A stretch of DNA of 64,000 nt from Flavobacteriales bacterium (GTDB lineage: Bacteria; Bacteroidota; Bacteroidia; Palsa-965), in contig JBEIPA010000016.1 in assembly GCA_040377305.1 (NCBI GenBank), positions 32,001-96,000 on the forward strand, read 5' to 3'. Positions 10,036 through 20,277 of the stretch are shown here, piece after piece. Numbering within the stretch: position 1 is the first letter of the stretch; every line of letters starts with the position of its first letter. A program made the translations under genes and the position numbers. Below the pieces are notes generated by a model that was not told the origin of the DNA, ran no database searches, and saw only the letters and a program-made list of their open reading frames with translations.

Positions 10036-11415
10036 ATGAAACGTATTTTAATCATTGGTGGAATTGTACTCGTCGCCCTGGTAGTTATTGTGGTAGCTAC
10101 GAAAGGGCGCGGCGGTGAAACCCCAAAAGTTGCAACTGAAAAAGCAGAGAAGCGCACCGTTGTGGAAGTTGTTTCTGCAAGTGGTAAAGTTCAACCCGAA
10201 GTGGAAGTGAAAATTTCATCCGATGTTTCCGGTGAGATTGTGGAGTTGTTGGTTAAAGAAGGAGATACAGTGAAGAAAGGTGATTTGCTTCTTCGTGTTG
10301 ATCCTGTACTCTATCAATCGGAGGTGGAGCGCATGCTGGCTACATTAAATGGAACAAAGGCCAACAAAGCGAATAGTGAAGCGCGTTTATTACAAGCGAA
10401 GGCTCAGTTGGTGAATTCAGACGCGGCTTTCAAACGCAGCGAGAAACTTTTTCAGCAGCAAGCAATTTCCCAATCGGAATTTGATCAGGCGAAAGCATCC
10501 TATGAAACAGCGAAGGCTGAAGTGGCAGCTGCAGAAGAAAGTGTAAACAGTGCGTCGTTCAACATTAGCAGTACAGAAGCATCTTTGAAGAATGCGAAAG
10601 ACAATTTAGGTCGCACTTCTATCTATGCACCGGTGAGCGGAACAATTTCCAAGCTCAACAAGAAAAAAGGAGAACGTGTAGTTGGAACAGCACAGATGGA
10701 AGGAACAGAAATTCTCCGTCTTGCAAACCTTCTGGAAATGGAAGTTCTGGTGGATGTAAATGAGAACGACATTCTCCGCGTTCACTTAGGCGATACTGCT
10801 TACGTTGAAGTTGATGCACATGACACCCGTAAATTCAAAGGCATAGTAACAGAAGTTGCAAACTCTGCTAACACAGCAGGATTGTCCAGCGATCAGGTTA
10901 CCAATTTTCCTGTGAAGGTTCGTATCCTGCGTGATGCGTATTCCGATTTACTTGATCCTGCACATCCTGAACGTTATCCTTTCCTTCCGGGCATGTCGGC
11001 TACCGTTGAAATTCAAACCAAACGAGTGGTGAATGTGATAACCGTTCCCATTCAGGCAGTAACAACCCGTCTTGATACTACTGCAGCAGGAAGTGGCGAA
11101 GAAACAAAACTCGGCACGGATGCTGGTGGTGATGGCAATTCGGATGGTGAAATAGTTGTACAAGACAACAATGTGAAAGAAGAAGTAAAGACAGACGAAC
11201 CGATCATGTGCGTTTTTGTTTATCGCGATGGAAAATCCGTGCTCGCGCCAGTGAAAACCGGAATTCAGGACAACATGTACATTGAAATTGAATCGGGACT
11301 TAAAGAAGGTGACGAAGTTATTTCTGCTCCCTTTGGAACTATACGCACCATACTTCGCAATCGTGGTGCCGTAGAGAAAGTCTCGAAAGAGATGCTATCG
11401 GTTGTCGAAGAATAA
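10036..11415 (+). CDS. Efflux periplasmic adaptor subunit (HlyD/MacA-like)
   Basis: N-terminal TM anchor, VKEGDTVKKGDLL, IYAPVSGTI, PGMSATVEI. Confidence 0.9.
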   Translation: MKRILIIGGIVLVALVVIVVATKGRGGETPKVATEKAEKRTVVEVVSASGKVQPEVEVKISSDVSGEIVELLVKEGDTVKKGDLLLRVDPVLYQSEVERMLATLNGTKANKANSEARLLQAKAQLVNSDAAFKRSEKLFQQQAISQSEFDQAKASYETAKAEVAAAEESVNSASFNISSTEASLKNAKDNLGRTSIYAPVSGTISKLNKKKGERVVGTAQMEGTEILRLANLLEMEVLVDVNENDILRVHLGDTAYVEVDAHDTRKFKGIVTEVANSANTAGLSSDQVTNFPVKVRILRDAYSDLLDPAHPERYPFLPGMSATVEIQTKRVVNVITVPIQAVTTRLDTTAAGSGEETKLGTDAGGDGNSDGEIVVQDNNVKEEVKTDEPIMCVFVYRDGKSVLAPVKTGIQDNMYIEIESGLKEGDEVISAPFGTIRTILRNRGAVEKVSKEMLSVVEE

Positions 11416-11420
11416 TTCCG

Positions 11421-12107
11421 GTGGCGCTCATCCTCCTTCTTGAATCATCAGCATCTGTATGCTCAGTGGCCTTGAGCCGCGATGGACATGTTATTGCTGT
11501 TCGCGAAAACTCAGAAGGAAACAAACATGCTGAACTACTTTCTGTTTTTTGTGATGAAGTGATGAAACAAGCGCGCATTTCTCCCACTGATTTAGATGCG
11601 GTATGCGTAAGCGGAGGACCTGGTTCATACACCGGGCTTCGCATTGGTACCTCGACTGCAAAAGGATATTGTTACGCTCTTAATATTCCACTCATCGCTG
11701 TTCCAACGCTCGAGGCCCTTGCTTTCGGAATGAAAGAAGAGGCGACAGCCGGCGACTTACTTGCACCCATGATCGACGCGCGACGCATGGAAGTTTACAC
11801 AGCGGTATTTGATGTTGAACTGAACAATATTGCACCCGTATTGCCACATGTTCTCGAGGAGAACTCTTACAAGGCATTTCTCGATCAAAAAATAGTTTGG
11901 TTTGGTGGCGACGGAATGGCAAAGGCACAGGAAATATTGTCCCAGCATCCGAATGCTCGTTTCAGTACTGGTTGCACTCAATCATCCGCACATTTTGCAG
12001 TGCTTGCAGAGAAGAAGTTCACAGCCAAACAATTCGAGGATGTGGCTTATTACGTTCCGTTCTACCTGAAGAATTTTCAGCCGGGACCGAAGCGGAGTGA
12101 ACAATAA
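11421..12107 (+). CDS. tsaB: tRNA threonylcarbamoyladenosine biosynthesis protein TsaB
   Basis: GPGSYTGLRIG, PMIDARRMEVY. Confidence 0.93.
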   Translation: MALILLLESSASVCSVALSRDGHVIAVRENSEGNKHAELLSVFCDEVMKQARISPTDLDAVCVSGGPGSYTGLRIGTSTAKGYCYALNIPLIAVPTLEALAFGMKEEATAGDLLAPMIDARRMEVYTAVFDVELNNIAPVLPHVLEENSYKAFLDQKIVWFGGDGMAKAQEILSQHPNARFSTGCTQSSAHFAVLAEKKFTAKQFEDVAYYVPFYLKNFQPGPKRSEQ

Positions 12108-12150
12108 TTTCCTGATGAGCACGACTGTGGTTATGTAACTTTGACAGCCC

Positions 12151-14511
12151 ATGAAACACTACTTCGTTACCTTGTTTCTTCTCCTCGCTTCAACCGTGTT
12201 TGCACAAACTCCAACGCAAACCATTCGCGGTAAAGTTGTAGATAACCAAACCAAGTCAACGCTTCCTGGTGTTATTGTGGTACTGCAGGATACGGGTGCC
12301 GCCATGAAATCTACATCGACTGACCTCGATGGCAACTTCCGCTTTGAGAATGTACCCATTGGCAGACACAACCTGTTGTTTCGCTATCTCGGTTACAAAG
12401 AACAATCGCTGACTGTAATTCTCACTTCGGGAAAGGAAGTGGTGATGAATGTTGAACTTGAAGAATCAGTTTATCAGACGCAGGAAGTTGTAATTACCGG
12501 TGAAAGCGGAAAGGGTGAACCCTTGAACGAAATGACGTCGGTAAGTTCCCGTTCATTTTCTATTGAAGAAACGTCCCGGTACGCAGGAAGTCTGGGTGAC
12601 CCATCGCGTATGGCAGCCAACTATGCAGGGATCAGTGGCGCAAATGATTCACGCAACGATGTGGTCATTCGCGGTAATTCTCCAATGGGATTATTGTGGA
12701 AGCTCAATGGAATCGACATTCCGAATCCGAATCACTTCGGTTCATTCGGAAGTACGGGTGGACCTGTGAGTATTCTCAACAACAACGTACTCAACAACTC
12801 TGATTTTCTCACCAGTGCTTTTCCTGCGGAATATGGAAATGCGATTGCCGGTGTTTTCGATTTGCGTACACGAAACGGAAACAATGAGAAATTCGAATTC
12901 ATGGGAATGGTCGGTTTCAATGGCTTTGAGTTTGGTGCGGAAGGTCCAATCTCACGCAAACGCGGATCGTCTTTCCTGATCAATTACCGTTACTCTACCC
13001 TTGAGCTTTTTAGTAAAATCGGAGTGGAATTCGGAACCGGTGTTGCAGTGCCGCATTACCAGGATCTTTCTTTTCGTTTCAATTTTCCCACTGAAAAATG
13101 TGGCGACTTTACGTTTTGGGGAATTGGCGGCGTAAGCTACATCGAGTTGCTCGATAGTGAAAGTGATACAACCAAACTCGATTTGTATACACTTGGTGGT
13201 TACGACACACGCTACGGAACTAAAATGGGCGTAACCGGATTCACACACACCATCTCACTGAACTCCAAAACGTACAGTCGCTTCAATGCAGGTGTGACGT
13301 ATAATCAGAATTATGTGAGTGTAGATTCCATTGGTTGGGCAGACATGAGTATGTGGCCCGACTACGGCAGCGAATTCTGGAGAATCAATCTGAATGCGAA
13401 CTATCACCTTGTTACAAAGTTCAATGCAAAGAACACACTGAAGAGCGGTATTCAAAGTGAGGTGTACAACATTTCGCTTGTGGATAGCTTCTCATTGAAC
13501 CCAACAACGTTCCAAACGATCCGTAATGTGCAGGATCAGTCGTACCAGTTACAGGCGTATTCACAGTGGCAACACAAGTTCACGGATTTGCTCACGATGA
13601 ATGTTGGATTGCACGGACAATATCTCGGACTCAATGAATCGTTTGCACTCGAACCACGTGCAGGTTTGAAATGGCAGCTGAATGAATTTCACTGGCTGAG
13701 TGTAGGAACCGGCTTGCACAGTCAGATGCAACCAATTTTCATTTACTACAACCAAACCGTTGCGCCTAACGGAAATTACGTACTCACCAACACAAACGTT
13801 GACTACTCCCGCGCATTTCACTCGGTACTTGCGTGGGACTGGAACTTTGGTGAACAAATGCGACTGAAAGCTGAAGTGTATTACCAATATCTCTACAGCA
13901 TTCCGATTCGTCCGACCTGGGCAACATACTCTTCCTTGAACGATGGCGCTGATTTCGATTCGCCCGGCGTTGATTCGCTCGTGAACGATGGAACGGGCAG
14001 AAATTTTGGTTTCGAACTCACCGTAGAAAAATTCTACAGCAAAGGATATTACTTCCTGTGGACGACGTCGCTCTATCAATCGCGCTTCACTCCTGCGGAT
14101 GGAAAAGAAAGACAATCGGCTTTCAGTGGAAACTACGTGATCAATTTACTTGGTGGTAAAGAATGGAACTTCAAAACTAAACATTCGATCCGCTTCGATA
14201 TCAAATCGAACATTGCAGGTGGTAAACGATACATACCTATTGATCTCGCCGCTTCCAACGCCGCAGGAGAAGAAGTTTGGGATTACAACCGTGCCTACGA
14301 ACAACGGTACGCCGGCTATTTTCGCATCGATGCGAAGATCGGTTACATCTACAACGGTAAACACATCACACAACAATGGTCGGTGGAATTCCTGAATGCA
14401 ACGAACTACAAGAATATGTTCATGCAAACGTACGATCCGGCATCACAAAGTTTGAAAACAACCTATCAAACAGGATTGTTGGTGATTCCTGCGTACAAGA
14501 TCACTTTCTAG
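12151..14511 (+). CDS. TonB-dependent receptor with carboxypeptidase-like N-terminal domain
   Basis: TIRGKVVD, plug NDVVIRGNSP, C-terminal YKITF. Confidence 0.88.
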   Translation: MKHYFVTLFLLLASTVFAQTPTQTIRGKVVDNQTKSTLPGVIVVLQDTGAAMKSTSTDLDGNFRFENVPIGRHNLLFRYLGYKEQSLTVILTSGKEVVMNVELEESVYQTQEVVITGESGKGEPLNEMTSVSSRSFSIEETSRYAGSLGDPSRMAANYAGISGANDSRNDVVIRGNSPMGLLWKLNGIDIPNPNHFGSFGSTGGPVSILNNNVLNNSDFLTSAFPAEYGNAIAGVFDLRTRNGNNEKFEFMGMVGFNGFEFGAEGPISRKRGSSFLINYRYSTLELFSKIGVEFGTGVAVPHYQDLSFRFNFPTEKCGDFTFWGIGGVSYIELLDSESDTTKLDLYTLGGYDTRYGTKMGVTGFTHTISLNSKTYSRFNAGVTYNQNYVSVDSIGWADMSMWPDYGSEFWRINLNANYHLVTKFNAKNTLKSGIQSEVYNISLVDSFSLNPTTFQTIRNVQDQSYQLQAYSQWQHKFTDLLTMNVGLHGQYLGLNESFALEPRAGLKWQLNEFHWLSVGTGLHSQMQPIFIYYNQTVAPNGNYVLTNTNVDYSRAFHSVLAWDWNFGEQMRLKAEVYYQYLYSIPIRPTWATYSSLNDGADFDSPGVDSLVNDGTGRNFGFELTVEKFYSKGYYFLWTTSLYQSRFTPADGKERQSAFSGNYVINLLGGKEWNFKTKHSIRFDIKSNIAGGKRYIPIDLAASNAAGEEVWDYNRAYEQRYAGYFRIDAKIGYIYNGKHITQQWSVEFLNATNYKNMFMQTYDPASQSLKTTYQTGLLVIPAYKITF

Positions 14512-14581
14512 ACGACAGGCTGGAGACGGGAGTAATAGTCGTTGTTCTGTAATCACCCACTCCCGTCTGTAGGCTGTCGTC
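14511..14581. terminator. Long hairpin between convergent genes, probable bidirectional terminator
   Basis: gacgacag/ctgtcgtc and agacgggagt/actcccgtct inverted pairs. Confidence 0.55.
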
Positions 14582-14587
14582 AGTCAT

Positions 14588-15604
14588 CTAATAATACACC
14601 ACCTGCATCTTAATAATATCAATCCCCAGCTCAATATGCCTGCGGTTGATATATGCATAGCTCATTCTCGTGGTGCCGTCGTAGAGATAAGAGAATTCAT
14701 CTTTGAGCACCGTATTCTTGAAACGTTTCACCGATTCAATTCTTCCCAGCGAATCGTAGATGTAATTCGTTTGCTCCAGCAATGGTTCACCCGCATTGGA
14801 AGAATATGACCACGATGACATTCTTCCCAACTCATCATACGAATACGTGGTGATAATTCTGATTCCGCCAGCTGTGTATGCCTCACGACTTTCGATGATG
14901 CGTCCTTGTTTGTCGAGCGTCATCATGGTTTCCTTATAGACTTTCCCAACATCATTGAGACAATTCTGTTTGATCACAGTTGAGGAATAAATATCATATG
15001 AAAAGTCTTCACGCGAGATGACTGTCTGCACGCCGAGCTTAAAATTCCGGTGAGAGGTTCCGGTGTTTGTTTCCCGCGTATGCACCTGCGAGACCACAAA
15101 ATCCTGTTCGTTGTACGTGTAATACCAGGAGTGATAATAAATTCCTTCGCAATAGCGGCGCGTGGAAATTCTTGAAAGCGAATCGTAGAATGTGTAGATG
15201 AAAGCTGTATCGTACGCGTAGTCATATTTGTATTCTGTCCACGCCTGCTTCACTACTTTGCCACGACGAACTGTTGCAGGATGCTCAATGGCCTTTGTTT
15301 CCATTCCGCGAACACGTGTTCTCCAGTAGTACGTAATCCGACCTTGACGATCGAATTCAAAATATTCGCGCAAACCTCTGTCTTCAATAATTCGTCCGTC
15401 AGGCTTATATTGATATGCACTGGTGATCGAATGAATCTTATGATGGCGTACACTGTCCGGAGAAAATTTAATTGGAACTGCGAACGGATCGTCAGTCACC
15501 GGAACAAAAAGCTGTGCGTGCGAAATAAACGAGAGGAAAATAAAAGAGACGACAAAGCATCCACGCAACACAGGCAACTTCACATTTTTCATTTTTTGTA
15601 TCAT
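14588..15604 (-). CDS. Secreted hypothetical protein with YD-like repeats
   Basis: Signal peptide; recurring YEFDRQGR / YSYDELGR / YIYDSLGR-type motifs. Confidence 0.7.
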   Translation of the reverse strand: MIQKMKNVKLPVLRGCFVVSFIFLSFISHAQLFVPVTDDPFAVPIKFSPDSVRHHKIHSITSAYQYKPDGRIIEDRGLREYFEFDRQGRITYYWRTRVRGMETKAIEHPATVRRGKVVKQAWTEYKYDYAYDTAFIYTFYDSLSRISTRRYCEGIYYHSWYYTYNEQDFVVSQVHTRETNTGTSHRNFKLGVQTVISREDFSYDIYSSTVIKQNCLNDVGKVYKETMMTLDKQGRIIESREAYTAGGIRIITTYSYDELGRMSSWSYSSNAGEPLLEQTNYIYDSLGRIESVKRFKNTVLKDEFSYLYDGTTRMSYAYINRRHIELGIDIIKMQVVYY

Positions 15605-15632
15605 CCTCTCCTAATCCCAACATATCGAACTG

Positions 15633-17660
15633 CTAAGTCAGCTGCTTAATGGCTTCCTCCACTTCAGTAACGGGTAACTGGCAGGTATTATTTTCACAAA
15701 CGTAAATCAGCGTTTGACCTTCCACCCTTCTGTTCTGGAGAATCGCAATCTGATCTTCCAGTCGATTGTCTTCGGGACTTCCTGCGAAGATTGCATTTGG
15801 CAGATACAGTTTCCGGAAAGCCGCCGCGGTCTTATCAACATGTTTACCAACAATTGCCACTTCCCGGAATGGATATAGTTTGTTCAGAGCGAGAATCAGC
15901 CAGTTTGAGTAACCGGCGCCGTACTCCATCATTTCACGCTCAACACATTTTAACATGATTTCTGAGCGATCCACAAGTCCGGTGTCTCCATACAACTTGC
16001 CGAGATAAAACATATTTCGCGCCATTACCGAATTGGAGGCAGGAATTACGTTGTCCGAAGTTTCATACTTGCGCGTGATCAGTTTCGGATCGTCTTCCGA
16101 AGTGAAGTACAACATCGGCGATTGCTTAGAATGGAATTTCTCCTGTGCTATAACACAAAGATTCCAGGCTGTTTCAAGAATCATTGGATCAAACTCGACC
16201 TGATACAAGGCAATGAACGCATCAATCACAAACGCATAGTCTTCTAGAAATCCATTTATCGAACTCTTCCCGTTCTTGTACGAGTGCCAGAGAGTCCCAT
16301 CATCTTTCAATTGCTTACTGATAATGAACTTCGCATTCTTCTTCGCCGCGAGCAGGTATTCCGGATCATTCGTCACTTTCCATGCATCAACGTATCCGCG
16401 CAACATCAGCGCATTCCACGAAGTGAGAATTTTATCATCCAATCCGGGACGAATACGTTTATCACGCACGGCGAGTAAAAGCTTCTTCGCCTTAGCGATT
16501 TTTTCCTTGAGCTCCTGAACCGACAACTTGTGCTTTATTGCAAGTGTTGAAAGAGATTCACGCATAATGAGCACGTAATTCTCTTCCTCCCAGTAACCAA
16601 TGCTGTTCACATTGAATACATCTGCCATCAACTCAAAATCCTCCCGAAGTATGTTTTGCAATTCCTCCTTCTTCCATACATAGAACTTGCCTTCAACGCC
16701 TTCCGAATCTGCATCCAACGCGGAATAAAAAGCGCCTTCATCGGAAGTCATTTCACGACTCACCCACTTCAATGTTTCGCGTACAGTGTCGAGATAAAAT
16801 TCGTTTCCGGTCAATTGGTACGCCTCGCTATACAATGAAACAAGCTGACCATTGTCGTACATCATTTTCTCGAAATGCGGAACTTTCCACAGCATGTCGG
16901 TTGAATAACGTGCAAATCCTCCTCCCACATGATCATTGATTCCGCCCATCGCAATTTTGTCGAGCGTCAACGTCACGTGTTTTAATGCGCTTTCATTCTT
17001 CGAGAGATGATAATACCGCAACAGAAATAAATAGTTGTTCGGCAACGGAAACTTCGGTGCACGATTGGGTCCGCCTTCTGTTGTATCAATTCGCTCGGAC
17101 CACGACTGCCATGCTTTGTCGGGCAGTTGCTGCAGAATATCAGTTTCTTCGTGCTTCCAGACTTTACTGTCGAGCTGTTGCACACCCTGCGTTAACTCAT
17201 GCGCATACTGCATACACCTCTCCGGCTCGTTCTTCCACAAATCAGCCAGATTGATCAATGCCGAAATCCATTTCTCCTTCGGAAAATACGTTCCTCCGAA
17301 AATGGGACGACCATCAGGCAATGTGAAACAATTCAACGGCCATCCTCCCTGCCCGGTCATAATCTGCACCGCCGACATATAAACCTGATCAATATCCGGA
17401 CGTTCTTCTCGGTCAACTTTGATGCACACAAACAAATCGTTCATGATCCGCGCCACTTTCTCATCCTCGAATGACTGGTGTTCCATCACGTGACACCAGT
17501 GACATGCGGAGTAACCAATACTCACAATGATCATCTTGTTTTCAGTTCGCGCTTTCTCCAACGCTTCTTCATTCCATGCATACCAATCCACGGGATTGTA
17601 TGCGTGTTGCAGAAGGTATGGACTGGATTCGTGAATGAGGCGGTTGCTCTGTTTACTCAT
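15633..17660 (-). CDS. Thioredoxin domain-containing protein (YyaL/SSP411, DUF255)
   Basis: [39 protein letters not shown]. Confidence 0.93.
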   Translation of the reverse strand: MSKQSNRLIHESSPYLLQHAYNPVDWYAWNEEALEKARTENKMIIVSIGYSACHWCHVMEHQSFEDEKVARIMNDLFVCIKVDREERPDIDQVYMSAVQIMTGQGGWPLNCFTLPDGRPIFGGTYFPKEKWISALINLADLWKNEPERCMQYAHELTQGVQQLDSKVWKHEETDILQQLPDKAWQSWSERIDTTEGGPNRAPKFPLPNNYLFLLRYYHLSKNESALKHVTLTLDKIAMGGINDHVGGGFARYSTDMLWKVPHFEKMMYDNGQLVSLYSEAYQLTGNEFYLDTVRETLKWVSREMTSDEGAFYSALDADSEGVEGKFYVWKKEELQNILREDFELMADVFNVNSIGYWEEENYVLIMRESLSTLAIKHKLSVQELKEKIAKAKKLLLAVRDKRIRPGLDDKILTSWNALMLRGYVDAWKVTNDPEYLLAAKKNAKFIISKQLKDDGTLWHSYKNGKSSINGFLEDYAFVIDAFIALYQVEFDPMILETAWNLCVIAQEKFHSKQSPMLYFTSEDDPKLITRKYETSDNVIPASNSVMARNMFYLGKLYGDTGLVDRSEIMLKCVEREMMEYGAGYSNWLILALNKLYPFREVAIVGKHVDKTAAAFRKLYLPNAIFAGSPEDNRLEDQIAILQNRRVEGQTLIYVCENNTCQLPVTEVEEAIKQLT

Positions 17661-17721
17661 AAAACAAATTTACGCCACTCTAGTCTCCGATCTCGCATCT
17701 CACAACTATATTTGCTTCGCT

Positions 17722-19095
17722 GTGATCCAACTCCTCATCGTACTTGCCGGATTTCTATTCGTAGGTCTCAAAATTTATCTGGAGACTGCCGAAAATGCTG
17801 TGAGTTTCCGGAGGCCCGCGCGTGCAACCGTACTTGAGATAGAGATCCGAAGATACCTGCAGCAAATTGTGTTTTTCAAAAAACTGAATGCCGAAGATCA
17901 ACGGATTTTCATTGAGCGCGTTCAGCATTTTCTGAATGAAAAAGATTTTCAGGGAATGGAAGGCTTGACCATGACTGATGAGATCAGAACGATTGTTTCT
18001 GCGTCTGCTATTCAGATTAGTTTCAAGCTCCCCATGTGGAAGTTTCCCAGTTTTAGAATGTTTCGGATTTATCCGGAGAGCTTTTACAGCAACCTGTTCC
18101 GCAAATACCTCAAGGGTGGTGCAGGAAAAACGGGACAAATCTGGTTTTCGTTGCGCGACTACCGCGAAGGTTTTGCCGATGCAGAAAACGGCATCAATCT
18201 CGGATTACACGAGATGGCGCATGCGGTGATCATTGAAATGCAAAACGGAAAACTCGATCACGGCTTCACACATGCGTACGAAGTGATTGAGAAAATCGCG
18301 AAAGACAGAATTCCAAAAATCCGTTCCGGCGCGTTCACCTACATGCGCGAGTATGCAGGAGCCAACGAAATGGAATTTATAGCTGTAACTACGGAATATT
18401 TCTTCGAACAACCAGAAAAACTAAGCGCAGCAGATCGCGAATTGTATGAAGCATTTTCTGATCTGTATCGACAGAATCCTATTCCTGCCACAAGTACGGA
18501 GCTAAAAATTACTCCAATCAACTACGAGGAAATAGAGAAAGAGGAAAAAACGAAACGCAACTACCGCTTTGCAAACTGGCATTGGTCGTTAACACTTGCG
18601 TTGATCGGAATATTCATTGCCCCTTTCTTTCTTATATGGCAATCGATGTATGTTGCGCTTAGTTTTGGCTCAATGTGGCTTGTTGCACTTGCCGTATTCT
18701 TTGCATCATCTCTGCTCTTGTATAAACCAATTGTAAAAAGTGGAGCTCTCGGAGGAACTCAATTCTGGTTGTTGCATTTTTTCGGAATGTGGCCGCTGGT
18801 GCTTTCGGTTTTCTATCTCGTGAACAATCATATTCCGGTTTGGGAACACGGCGAGGTACACAAAGTGAAGTCGATCAACTGGCAGAACAATTCCAGTGCA
18901 TTCGTCCATTTTACGGACAACGCTTTTTCCGATGACCCGAATTCCCGATTGGTTGACGCGAAGTATAACGACGGTGTTAAACCCGGAGATTTCGTGATTG
19001 TGGTTACTCAATTCGGACCATTCGGAGTGCCAGTGTACGGAAAGAATATATTGATTCACATTCCTGAACGCGGCGGTAGCATCTGGGATGAATAA
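17722..19095 (+). CDS. M90 (MtfA-like) zinc peptidase with C-terminal membrane extension
   Basis: LHEMAH, EFIAVTTEYFFEQP; GTG start after TATATTTG box. Confidence 0.8.
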   Translation: MIQLLIVLAGFLFVGLKIYLETAENAVSFRRPARATVLEIEIRRYLQQIVFFKKLNAEDQRIFIERVQHFLNEKDFQGMEGLTMTDEIRTIVSASAIQISFKLPMWKFPSFRMFRIYPESFYSNLFRKYLKGGAGKTGQIWFSLRDYREGFADAENGINLGLHEMAHAVIIEMQNGKLDHGFTHAYEVIEKIAKDRIPKIRSGAFTYMREYAGANEMEFIAVTTEYFFEQPEKLSAADRELYEAFSDLYRQNPIPATSTELKITPINYEEIEKEEKTKRNYRFANWHWSLTLALIGIFIAPFFLIWQSMYVALSFGSMWLVALAVFFASSLLLYKPIVKSGALGGTQFWLLHFFGMWPLVLSVFYLVNNHIPVWEHGEVHKVKSINWQNNSSAFVHFTDNAFSDDPNSRLVDAKYNDGVKPGDFVIVVTQFGPFGVPVYGKNILIHIPERGGSIWDE

Positions 19096-19124
19096 AATTC
19101 TCTAACTTTCCGTAAACCGCCACT

Positions 19125-19511
19125 ATGAAAACAGCATTTCCCCTCTCCGTATTCGGTCTGATTCTCCTGATTTCTCTTACCGCATTTTCTTCGCACAATG
19201 TGCAAACTGAGCCTCAAGTAAAAACCGGTATCTACGGTGTTTGTGGAATCGATTCGACCGAAAAGAGTATAGAACTAATTCTGATGAACGAAAACCAGTT
19301 CAAGTACTACTGCACTTCATACCCAAAAGGAACTGTCGATGTTACCGGGAAATGGAAAGTGGAGAATAACACGGTTGTACTTTACGACTATGGCAAAGCA
19401 GGTATTCACAACAAATGGAGCATCATGGATGGAAATTATCTGCGCTCAACCAAAATGGTAGGTGGCGGACTGATGATGCTTAGCGTTTGTCACCTGGAGT
19501 CGTGTAAGTAG
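19125..19511 (+). CDS. Secreted hypothetical protein
   Basis: Signal peptide, GKWKVENN strand motif, fills gap. Confidence 0.7.
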   Translation: MKTAFPLSVFGLILLISLTAFSSHNVQTEPQVKTGIYGVCGIDSTEKSIELILMNENQFKYYCTSYPKGTVDVTGKWKVENNTVVLYDYGKAGIHNKWSIMDGNYLRSTKMVGGGLMMLSVCHLESCK

Positions 19512-19513
19512 AA

Positions 19514-19981
19514 TCACTTCCTCTCCTGCGTCGTCTCCACCGCTTCCTGCTTAATATTCACCGGAAACTTTTTTCGCAATCCGAACACACCAACTTTAAT
19601 GAAACCGGTCACTTCGGTTTTCGCCTGCTTATTGCCTATAGCTGCAAGTAGTGTTGGAATTCCATTGATGAGATCGGTGAGCTTCGCATTCACTTTCACG
19701 CGGTAAACCATTTGTGTGTCTTTCTGGATTTTGACTTTGTCATTGACAGTAACTACACCGAGATTTACGTCGGCAACTTTCACTGCTAATTCCAATCCGT
19801 GAAGTGTAATCGCAAAGTTGTTCGGATTATCAATCTGCAATCCCATATCCATGACCACAGTGCCACGGAAAATGTCGATGCTTCCGAACTTGACATCTGT
19901 AACTGAATTCGGTGTAACAGGTTTAAGGCCGCAGGATGCGAAGAACATCAGGACAGCTAGTAGTAGGGCGAGTTTTTTCAT
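19514..19981 (-). CDS. LEA type 2 (WHy domain) lipoprotein
   Basis: Lipobox FASC, IDNPNNF motif. Confidence 0.8.
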   Translation of the reverse strand: MKKLALLLAVLMFFASCGLKPVTPNSVTDVKFGSIDIFRGTVVMDMGLQIDNPNNFAITLHGLELAVKVADVNLGVVTVNDKVKIQKDTQMVYRVKVNAKLTDLINGIPTLLAAIGNKQAKTEVTGFIKVGVFGLRKKFPVNIKQEAVETTQERK

Positions 19982-20060
19982 AGACCGGTCACAGCAAATC
20001 AATATCCACTGTATGTTAACTGCTGTTATTTCACTTTCGTTGTGAAAACCTAAATGCGAC

Positions 20061-20246
20061 GCCTGCCGCGGGCTTTCCACGGCGACGCGGCGTTTCGGCG
20101 TAAAGGTGTTTACCGCTCTAAACTCAATCGTCGGTCACGGAGCATTACTTCATGTAAAATTCTCCGTGACCGCCGGATGGGAAACAGGCGTTGAACCTTT
20201 GAGATTTTTTTCTCCGTTCCACCGCGCCGCCGTGGTAGCCTCGCAG
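20061..20246. repeat. Nested palindromic element, copy A
   Basis: IRs 20077-20090/20222-20235 and 20132-20142/20162-20172; homologous to 25980-26189 in inverted orientation. Confidence 0.85.
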
Positions 20247-20277
20247 AGAACCTTAGCCACTAACACGCAACCAAGAG

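Noticed and set aside
14588-15604. RHS polymorphic toxin
   Set aside because: Too short, with no RHS core terminus, toxin domain or immunity gene.
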